From Eledone cirrhosa (taxonomy: Eukaryota), in assembly GCA_964016885.1 (NCBI GenBank), contig OZ024741.1, positions 247,566,001 through 247,630,000 of the forward strand: a DNA stretch of 64,000 bases, read 5' to 3'. A model generated the notes under the pieces. It ran no database searches, was not told the DNA's origin, and saw only the letters and a program-made list of their open reading frames with translations. The position numbers and the translations under genes were made by a program. Positions within the stretch are counted from its first letter, which is position 1, and the number at the start of each line of letters is the position of its first letter. Positions 53,901 through 64,000 of this stretch are shown one piece after another.

Positions 53901-56900
53901 TTTTTTTTTACAAATTATCTCCGCCTGATTTTTAAAAAAAAATTATCTCCCCTTCGCTGGCTGGAAATTATCTCCCCTTGGACGCTGGAAATTATAGCCC
54001 CTTGGAGGGCTGGAAATTATCTTCCCTTGGACGGCTGGAAATTATCTCCCCTTGATTTTTTTTACAAATTATCTCCCCCTGATTTTTTTTTACAAATTAT
54101 CTCCCCCTGATTTTTTTTTACAAATTATCTCCCCCTGATTTTTTTTTTACAAATTATCTCCGCCTGATTTTTTTAAAAAAATTATCTCCCCTTGGACGGC
54201 TGGAAATTATCTCCCTTTGGACGGCTGGAAATTATCTCCCCTTGGACGGCTAGAAATTATCTCTCCTTGGACGGCTGAAAATTATCTCCCCTTGGACGGC
54301 TGCAAATTATCTCCCCTTGATTTTTTTTACAAATTATCTCCCCCTGATTTTTTTTACAAATTATCTCCCCCTGATTTTTTTTACAAATTATCTACCCCTG
54401 ATTTTTTTTACAAATTATCTCCCCCTGATTTTTTTTTACAAATTATCTCCCTCTGCTTTTTTTTTACAAATTATCTCCCCCTGATTTTTTTTTTACAAAT
54501 TATCTCCCCCTGATTTTTTTACAAATTATCTCCCCCTGATTTTTTTACAATCTCCGCCTGATTTTTTTAAAGATTATCTTCCCTTGGCTGGCGGGAAATT
54601 ATCTCCCCTTGGACGGCTGGAAATTATCTCCCCTTGGAAGGATGGAAATTATCTCCCCTTGGACGGCTGGAAATTATCTCCCTTTGATTTTTTTTACAAA
54701 TTATCTCCCTCTGATTTTTTTTACAAATCTCCCCCTGATTTTTTTAAAAAAATTATCTCCCCTTCGCTGGCTGGAAATTATCTCCCCTTGGACACTGGAA
54801 ATTATAGCCCCTTGGAGGGCTGGAAATTATCTTCTCTTGGACGGCTGGAAATTATCTCCCCTTGATTTTTTTTACAAATTATCTCCGCCTGATTTTTTTT
54901 TTAAATTATCTCTCCTTGGACGGCTGGAAATTATCTCCCCTTGATTTTTTAAAAAATTATCTCCCCTTGGAAGGCTGGAAATTATGTCCCCTTGGCTGGA
55001 AATTATCTCCCCTTGGACGGCTAGAAATTATCTCTCTTTGGACGGCTGGAAATTATCACCCCTTGAGTTTTTTTACAAATTATCTCCCCCTGATTTTTTT
55101 TACAAATCTCCCAGTGATTTTTTAAAAAAAATTATCTCCCCTTCGCTGGCTGGAAATTATCTCCCCTTGGACGCTGGAAATTATAGCCCCTTGGAGGGCT
55201 GGAAATTATCTTTCCTTGGACGGCTGGAAATTATCTCCCCTTGATTTTTTTTACAAATTATCTCCCCCTGATTTTTTTTACAAATTATCTCCCCCTGATT
55301 TTTTTTTACAAATTATCTGCGCCTGATTTTTTTTAAAAAATTATCTCCCCTTGGACGGCTGGAAATTATCTCCCCTTGGACGGCTGGAAATTATCTCTCC
55401 TTGGACGGCTAGAATTTACCTCTCCTTGGACGGCTGAAAATTATCTCCCCTTGGACGGCTGGAAATTACCTCCCCTTGATTTTTTTTACAAATTATCTCC
55501 CCCTGATTTTTTTTTACAAATTATCTCCCCCTGATTTTTTTTTACAAATTATCTCCCCCTGATTTTTTTTTACAAATTATCTCCCCCTGATTTTTTTTAC
55601 AAATTATCTCCCCTTGGCTGGCTGGAAATTATCTCCCCTTGGAGGCTGGAACTTATCTCCCCTTGGACGGCTAGAAATTACCTCTCCTTGGACGGCTGGA
55701 AAATATGTCTCCTTGGACGGCTGGAAATTATCTCCCCTTGGACGGCTGGAAATTATCTCCCTTGGACGGCTGGAAATTATCTCCCCTTGGATGGCTAGAT
55801 ATTACCTCCCCTTGGACGGCTGGAAATTATCTCCCCTTGATTTTTTTTAGAAATTATCTCCCCCTGATTTTTTTTTACAAATTATCTCCCCCTGATTTTT
55901 TATTACAAATTATCTCCCCCTGATTTTTGTTTACAAATTATCTCCGCCTGATTTTTTTTTTAAAATTATCTCCCCTTGGACGGCTGGAAATTATCTCCCC
56001 TTGGACGGCTAGAAATTACCTCTCCTTGGACGGCTGAAAATTATCTCCACTTGGACGGCTGGAAATTATCTACCCCTGATTTTTTTTACAAATTATCTCC
56101 CTCTGATTTTTTTTACAAATTATCTCCCCCTGATTTTTTTTTACAAATTATCTACCCCTGATTTTTTTTACAAATTATCTCCCCCTGATTTTTTTACAAA
56201 TTGTCTCCCCCTGATTTTTTTTTACAAATTATCTCCCCCTGATTGTTTTACAAATTATCTCCCCCTGATTTTTTTTACAAATTATCTCCGCCTGATTTTT
56301 TTAAATATTATCTTCCCTTGGCTGGCGGGAAATTATCTCCCCTTGGAAGGATGGAAATTATCTCCCCTTGGACGGCTGGAAATTATCTCCCCTTGCACTG
56401 CTGGAAATTATCTCCCCTTGGACGACTGGAAATTATCTGCCCTTGATTTTGTTTTTACAAATTATCTTCCCCTCATTTTTTTTACAAATTATCTCCACCT
56501 GATTTTTTAAAAAATTATCTCCCCTTGGACGGCTGGAAATTATCTCCCCTTGGCTGGAAATTATCTCCCCTTGGACGGCTAGAAATTATCTCTATTTGGA
56601 CGGCTGGAAATTATCTCCCCTTGATTTTTTTTACAAATTATCTCCCCCTGATTTTTTTTACAAATCTCCCAGTGATTTTTAAAAAAAAATTATCTTCCTT
56701 TCGCTGGTTGGAAATTATCTCCCCTTGGACGCTGGAAATTATAGCCCCTTGGAGGGCTGGAAATTATCTTCCCTTGGACGGCTGGAAATTATCTCCCCTT
56801 GATTTTTTTACATTTTATCTCCCCCTGATTTTTTTTTACAAATTATCTCCCCGATTTTTTTTTACAAATTATCTCCGCCTGATTTTTTTAAAAAAATTAT

Positions 56901-59900
56901 CTTCCCTTGGACGGCTGGAAATTATCTCCCCTTGGACGGCTGGAAATTATCTCGCCTTGGACGGCTAGAAATTACCTCTCCTTGGACGGCTGAAAATTAT
57001 CTCCCCTTGGACGCTGGAAATTATAGCCCCTTGGAGGGCTGGAAATTATGTCCCCTTGATTTTTTTTACAAATTATCTCCCCCTGATTTTTTTTTACAAA
57101 TTATCTCCCCCTGATTTTTTTTTTACAAATTATCTCCCCCTGATTTTTTTTTACAAATTATCTCCCCCTGATTTTTTTACAAATTATCTCCCCTTGGCTG
57201 GCTGTAAATTATCTCCCCTTGGAGGCTGGAATTTATCTCCCCTTGGACGGCTGGAAATAATCTCCCCTTGGACGGCTAGAAATTACCTCTCCTTGGACGG
57301 CTGGAAATTATCTCCCCTTGAACGGCTGGAAATTATCTCCCCTTGGACGGCTGGAAATTATCTCCCCTTGGACGGCTGGAAATTATCTCCCCTTGGACGG
57401 CTAGAAATTACCTCTCCTTGGACGGCTGGAAATTATCTCCACTTGGACGGCTGGAAATTATCTCCCCTTCGCTGGCTGGAAATCATCTCCCTTTGGACGG
57501 CTGGAAATTATAGCTGCTTGTAGGGCTGGAAATTATCTCCCCTTGGACGGCTGGAAATTATCTCCCCTTGATTTATTTTACTAATTATCTCCCCCTGATT
57601 TTTTTTACAAATTATCTCCGCCTGATTTTTTTTTAAAAATTATCTCCCCTTGGCTGGATGGAAATTATCTCCCCTTGGACGGCTGGAAATTATCTCCCCT
57701 TGGAGCCTAGAAATTACCTCTCCTTGGACAGCTGTAAATTATCTCCCCTTGGACGGCTGGAAATTATCTCGCCTTGGACGGCTGGAAATTATCTCCCCTT
57801 GATTTTGTATACAAATTATCTCCCCCTGATTTTTTTTTACAAATTATCTGCCCCTGATTATATTTTTACAAATTAGCTCCGCCTGATTTTTTAAAAAAAT
57901 TATCTCCCCTTGGACGGCTGGAAATTATCTCCCCTTGGACGGCTGGAAATTATCTCCCCTTGAACGGCTAGAAATTACCTCTCCTTGGAGGGCTGGAAAT
58001 TATCATCCCTTGGACGGCTGGAAATTATCTCCCCTTGATTTTTTTTACAAATTATCTCCCCTTGGACGGCTGGAAATTATCTCCCCTTGGACGGCTGGAA
58101 ATTATCTCCCCTTGGACGGCTAGAAATTACCTCTCCTTGGACGGCTGAAAATTATCTCCCCTTGGACGGCTGGAAATTATCTCCCCTTGATTTTTTTTTA
58201 CAAATTATCTCCCCCTGATTTTTTTTACAAATTATCTACCCCTGATTTTTTTTACAAATTATCTCCCCCTGATTTTTTTTACAAATTATCTCCCCCTGAT
58301 TTTTTTTACAAATTATCTCCCCCTGATTTTTTTTTACAAATTATCTCCCCCTGATTTTTTTACAAATTATCTCCCCCTGTTTTTTTTACAAATTATCTCC
58401 GCCTGATTTTTTTAAATATTATCTTCCCTTGGCTGGCGGGAAATTATCTCCCCTTGGACGGCTGAAAATTATCTCCCCTTGGACGGCTGGAAATTATCTC
58501 CCCTTGATTTTTTTTACAAATTATCTCCCCCTGATTTTTTCTTACAAATTATCTCCCCCTGATTTTTTTACAAATTATCTCCCCCTGATTTTTTTTTACA
58601 AATTGTCTCCCCCTGATTTTTTTTACAAATTATCTCCCTCTGATTTTTTTACAAATTATCTCCCCTTGGCTGGCTGGAAATTATCTCCCCTTGGACGGCT
58701 AGAAATTACCTCTCCTTGGACGGCTGGAAAATATGTCTCCTTGGACGGCTGGATATTATCTCCCCTTGGACGGCTGGAAATTATCTCCCCTTGGACGGCT
58801 GGAAATTATCTCCCCTTGATTTTTTTACAAATTATCTCCCCCTGATTTATTTTACAAATCTCCCAATTTAAAAAAAAAAATTATCTCCCCTTCGCTGGCT
58901 GGAAATTATCTCCCCTTGGACGCTGGAAATTATAGCCCCTTGGAGGGCTGGAAATTATCTTCCCTTGGACGGCTGGAAATTATCTCCCCTTGATTTTTTT
59001 TACAAATTATCTCCCCCTGATTTTTTTTACAAATTATCTCCCCCTGATTTTTTTTACAAATTATCTACCCCTGATTTTTTTTACAAATTATCTCCCCCTG
59101 ATTTTTTTTTACAAATTATCTCCCCCTGATTTTTTTTTACAAATTATCTCCCCCTGATTTTTTTACAAATTATCTCCCCCTGATTTTTTTTACAATCTCC
59201 GCCTGATTTTTTTAAAAATTATCTTCCCTTGGCTGGCTGGAAATTATCTCCCCTTGGACACTGGAAATTATAGCCCCTTGGAGGGCTGGAAATTATCTTC
59301 CCTTGGACGGCTGGAAATTATCTCCCCTTGATTTTTTTTACAAATTATCTCCGCCTGATTTTTTTTTACAAATTATCTCCCCCTGATTTTTTTTTACACA
59401 TTATCTACCCCTGATTTTTTTTTACAAATTATCTCCCCCTGATTTTTTTTACAAATTATCTCCCCCTGATTTTTCTTTTACAAATTATCTCCCCCTGATT
59501 TTTTTACAAATTATCTCCCCCTGATTTTTTTTACAAATTATCTCCGCCTGATTTTTTTAAATATTATCTTCCCTTGGCTGGCGGGAAATTATCTCCCCTT
59601 GGACGGCTGGAAATTATCTGCCCTTGATTTTCTTTTTACAAATTATCTTCCACTGATTTTTTTTACAAATTATCTCCACCTGATTTTTTAAAAAATTATC
59701 TCCCCTTGGAAGGCTGGAAATTATCTCCCCTTGGACGGCTGGAAATTATCTCCCCTTGGACGGCTAGAAATTATCTCTCCTTGGACGGCTGAAAATTATC
59801 TCCCCTTGGACGGCTGCAAATTATCTCCCCTTGATTTTTTTTACAAATTTTCTCCCCCTGATTTTTTTTACAAATTATCTCCCCCTGATTTTTTTACAAA

Positions 59901-61839
59901 TTATCTCCCCCTGATTTTTTTTTACAAATTATCTCCCCCTGATTTTTTTTTACAAATTATCTCCCCCTGATTTTTTTTACAATCTCCGCCTGATTTTTTT
60001 AAAAATTATCTTCCCTTGGCTGGCGGGAAATTATCTCCCCTTGGACGGCTGGAAATTATCTCCCCTTGGAAGGATGGAAATTATCTCCCCTCGGACGGCT
60101 GGAAATTATCTCCCCTTGCACGGCTGGAAATTATCTCCCCTTGGCTGGAAATTATCTCCCCTTGGACGGCTAGAAATTATCTCTCTTTGGACGGCTGCAA
60201 ATTATCTCCCTTTGATTTTTTTTACAAATTATCTCCCTCTGATTTTTTTTACAAATCTCCCCCTGATTTTTTTAAAAAAATTATCTCCCCTTCGCTGGCT
60301 GGAAATTATCTTCCCTTGGACGGCTGGAAATTATCTCCCCTTGATTTTTTTTACAAATTATCTCCGCCTGATTTTTTTAAAAAATTATCTCTCCTTGGAC
60401 GGCTGGAAATTATCTCCCCTTGATTTTTTTACAAATTATCTCCCCCTGATTTTTTTTTACAAATTATCTCCCCCTGATTTTTTTTTACAAATTATCTACC
60501 CCTGATTTTTTTTTACAAATTATCTCCCCCTGATTTTTTTTTACAAATTATCTACCCCTGATTTTTTTTACAAATTATCTCCCCCTGATTTTTTTTACAA
60601 ATTATCTCCCCCTGATTTTTTTTTTACAAATTATCTCCCCCTGATTTTTTTACAAATTATCTCCCCCTGATTTTTTTTACAAATTATCTCCGCCGGATTT
60701 TTTTAAATATTATCTTCCCTTGGCTGGCGGGAAATTATCTCCCCTTGGACGGCTGAAAATTATCTCCCTTTGGACGGCTGGAAATTATCTCCCCTTGATT
60801 TTTTTTACAAATTATCTCCCCCTGATTTTTTTTTACAAATTATCTCCCCCTGATTTTTTTTACAAATTATCTCCCCCTGATTTTTTTTTACAAATTATCT
60901 CCCCCTGATTTTTTTTACAAATTATCTCCCCCTGATTTTTTTTACAAATTATCTCCCCCTGATTTTTTTTTACAAATTATCTCCCCTGATTTTTTTACAA
61001 ATTATCTCCCCCTGATTTTTTTTACAAATTATCTCCGCCTGATTTTTTAAAATATTATCTTCCCTTGGCTGGCGGGAAATTATCTCCCCTTGGACGGCTG
61101 GAAATTATCTGCCCTTGATTTTCTTTTTACAAATTATCTTCCACTGATTTTTTTTACAAATTATCTCCACCTGATTTTTTAAAAAATTATCTCCCCTTGG
61201 AAGGCTGGAAATTATCTCCCCTTGGCTGGAAATTATCTCCCCTTGGACGGCTAGAAATTATCTCTCTTTGGACGGCTGGAAATTATCACCCCTTGAGTTT
61301 TTTACAAATTATCTCCCCCTGATTTTTTTTACAAATCTCCCAGTGATTTTTAAAAAAAAATTATCTCCCCTTCGCTGGCTGGAAATTATCTCCCCTTGGA
61401 CGCTGGAAATTATAGCACCTTGGAGGGCTGGAAATTATCTTCCCTTGGACGGCTGGAAATTATCTCCCCTTGACTTTTTTTACAAATTATCTCCCCCTGA
61501 TTTTTTTTTACAAATTATCTCCCCCTGATTTTTTTTTACAACTTATCTGCGCCTGATTTTTTTAAAAAAATTATCTCCCCTTGGACGGCTGGAAATTATC
61601 TCCCCTTGGACGGCTGGAAATTATCTCTCCTTGGACGGCTAGAATTTACCTCTCCTTGGACGGCTGAAAATTATCTCCCCTTGGACGGCTGGAAATTATC
61701 TCCCCTTGATTTTTTTTACAAATTATCTCCCCCTGATTTTTTTTTACAAATTATCTCCCCCTGATTTTTTTTACAAATTATCTCCCCCTGATTTTTTTTT
61801 ACAAATTATCTCCCCCTGATTTTTTTTACAAATTATCTC

Positions 61840-64000
61840 CCCCTGATTTTCTTACAAATTATCTCCCCTTGGCTGGCTGGAAATTATCTCCCCTTGGAGG
61901 CTGGAACTTATGTCCCCTTGGACGGCTAGAAATTACCTCTCCTTGGACGGCTGGATGATATGTCTCCTTGGACGGCTGGATATTATCTCCCCTTGGACGG
62001 CTGGAAATTATCTCCCCTTGGACGGCTGGAAATTATCTCCCCTTGGATGGCTAGATATTACCTCCCCTTGGACGGCTGGAAATTATCTCCCCTTGATTTT
62101 TTTTACAAATTATCTCCCCCTGATTTTTTTTTACAAATTATCTCCCCCTGATTTTTTTTTACAAATTATCTCCCCCTGATTTTTGTTTACAAATTATCTC
62201 CGCCTGATTTTTTTTTAAAAATTATCTCCCCTTGGACGGCTGGAAATTATCTCCCCTTGGACGGCTAGAAATTACCTCTCCTTGGACGGCTGAAAATTAT
62301 CTCCCCTTGGACGGCTGGAAATTATCTCCCCTTGATTTTTTTACAAATTATCTCCCCCTGATTTTTTTTTTACAAATTATCTCCCCCTGATTTTTTTTTT
62401 ACAAATTATCTCCCCCTGATTTTTTTACAAATTATCTCCCCCTAATTTTTTTTACAAATTATCTCCGCCTGATTTTTTTAAATATTATCTCTCCTTGGCT
62501 GGCGGGAAATTATCTCCCCTAGGACGGCTGGAAATTATCTCCCCTTGGAAGGATGGAAATTATCTCCCCTTGGACGGCTGGAAATTATCTACCCCTGATT
62601 TTTTTTACAAATTATCTCCCCCTGATTTTTTTTACAAATTATCTCCCCCTGATTTTTTTTTACAAATTATCTACCCCTGATTTTTTTTACAAATTATCTC
62701 CCCCTGATTTTTTTTACAAATTATCTCCCCCTGATTTTTTTTACAAATTATCTCCACCTGATTTTTTTACAAATTATCTCCCCCTGATTTTTTTTACAAA
62801 TTATCTTCCTCTGATTTTTTTACAAATTTTCTCCCCTTGGCTGGCTGGAAATTATCTCCCCTTGGACGGCTAGAAATTACCTCTCCTTGGATGGCTGGAA
62901 ATTATCTCCCCTTGGACGGCTGGAAATTATCTCCCCTTGGACGGATAGATATTACCTCCCCTTGGACGGCTGGAAATTATCTCCCCTTGATTTTTTTACA
63001 AATTATCTCCCCCTGATTTATTTTACAAATCTGCCAATGATTTTTAAAAAAAAATTATCTCCCCTTCGCTGGCTGGAAATTATCTCCCCTTGGACGCTGG
63101 AAATTATAGCCCCTTGGAGGGCTGGAAATTATCTTCCCTTGGACGGCTGGAAATTATCTCCCCTTGATTTTTTTTACAAATTATCTCCCCCTGATTTTTT
63201 TTACAAATTATCTCCCCCTGATTTTTTTTACAAATTATCTACCCCTGATTTTTTTTACAAATTATCTCCCTCTGATTTTTTTTACAAATTATCTCCCCCT
63301 GGAGATTTTTTTTTACAAATTATCTCCCCCTGATTTTTTTTACAAATTATCTCCCCCTGATTTTTTTTACAAATTATCTACCCCTGATTTTTTTTACAAA
63401 TTATCTCCCCCTGATTTTTTTTTACAAATTATCTCCCCCTGATTTTTTTTACAAATTATCTCCCCCTGATTTTTTTACAAATTATCTCCCCCTGATTTTT
63501 TTTACAATCTCCGCCTGATTTTTTTAAAAATTATCTTCCCTTGGCTGGCTGGAAATTATCTCCCCTTGGACACTGGAAATTATAGCCCCTTGGAGGGCTG
63601 GAAATTATCTTCCCTTGGACGGCTGGAAATTATCTCCCCTTGATTTTTTTTACAAATTATCTCCGCCTGATTTTTTTTTACAAATTATCTCCCCCTGATT
63701 TTTTTTTACAAATTATCTACCCCTGATTTTTTTTTACAAATTATCTCCCCCTGATTTTTTTTACAAATTATCTCCCCCTGATTTTTCTTTTACAAATTAT
63801 CTCCCCCTGATTTTTTTACAAATTATCTCCCCCTGATTTTTTTTACAAATTATCTCCGCCTGATTTTTTTAAATATTATCTTCCCTTGGCTGGCGGGAAA
63901 TTATCTCCCCTTGGACGGCTGGAAATTATCTACCCTTGATTTTCTTTTTACAAATTATCTTCCACTGATTTTTTTTACAAATTATCTCCACCTGATTTTT
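61840..64000 (+). repeat. Satellite continuing beyond superunit copy 2; partly a diverged copy of ~58.8-59.7 kb (offset ~4.2-4.3 kb)
   Basis: TACAATCTCCGCC at 59,191/63,503 and GATTTTCTTTTTAC...CTTCCACTGA...CTCCACCTGA at ~59,625/63,938. Private variants at ~61,955, 62,444, 62,521, 62,945 and 63,301. Confidence 0.75.

Larger units (their letters stand above)
24990..61840 (+). repeat. Higher-order superunit, copy 2, expanded by ~12.6 kb of internal tandem duplications
   Basis: Collinear with copy 1 at offsets 24,167-24,465 at its start, 37,102-37,000 after the expansions, and 36,814-36,844 to its end. Collinearity is lost at ~24,995 vs ~61,839. Confidence 0.85.
1..64000 (+). repeat. Composite tandem satellite array of two monomer types (A 25 bp, B 26-29 bp) sharing core AAATTATCTCCCC; runs off both window ends
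   Basis: The core AAATTATCTCCCC or a near variant recurs every 21-29 bp from base 2 to the end, always in the same orientation. No non-repeat interruption was seen. Confidence 0.99.

Noticed and set aside
126-63442. All ORF-track entries (60-155 aa; motifs DGWKLSPL, GRLEIISPW, TAGNYLPL, DFFYKLSPP)
   Set aside because: They are the three frames of the 25/27-bp monomers, mostly opened at repeat-derived TTG. They overlap in several frames, break with each T-tract length change and show no recognisable domain.
1-64000. CRISPR-like constant repeat with intervening 'spacers'
   Set aside because: The constant part is only ~13 bp, the intervening 12-16 bp come in just two repeated types rather than unique spacers, and there is no leader or cas gene.
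1-64000. Telomerase-synthesised repeats from two templates
   Set aside because: Kilobase-scale blocks with faithfully copied variant order indicate DNA-level duplication, not de novo templated addition. The monomers match no telomeric repeat I recognise.
1-64000. Canonical G-quadruplex motifs on the minus strand
   Set aside because: G4-5 runs are separated by ~21-23 nt, far beyond typical 1-7 nt loops, so they are not supportable without experiment.
1-64000. Plasmid/phage iteron or replication-origin array; embedded transposon
   Set aside because: The scale (thousands of copies) and absence of any rep, transposase, LTR or terminal inverted repeat sequence do not fit.

Overview
The whole 64 kb is one uninterrupted, head-to-tail tandem satellite array in a single orientation. 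I see no credible gene, RNA gene, mobile element or unique sequence. It is built from two monomer types that share a 13-bp core, AAATTATCTCCCC. Type A is AAATTATCTCCCC-TTGGACGGCTGG (25 bp) and type B is AAATTATCTCCCC-CTGA(T7-10)AC (26-29 bp). They alternate in runs of about 1-15 units, roughly 2,400-2,500 monomers in total (estimated as 64000/~26). Particular variant monomers recur at run boundaries. Above the monomer level is a nested duplication hierarchy, read from offsets between identical ORF-track entries and checked by eye at several junctions. A ~24.2-kb superunit (~800-24,990) is repeated in tandem (~24,990-61,840). The second copy is expanded by 6,461-, 3,049- and ~3,127-bp tandem duplications, whose sizes sum exactly to the change in offset (24,465 to 37,102). 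Older ~6.4-7.1-kb, 874-bp and 625-bp periodicities lie inside the superunit. All listed ORFs are translations of the repeat. The array is most likely eukaryotic heterochromatic, centromeric or subtelomeric satellite (inference); I do not recognise the family or organism. Breakpoints are approximate, to within one or a few monomers.
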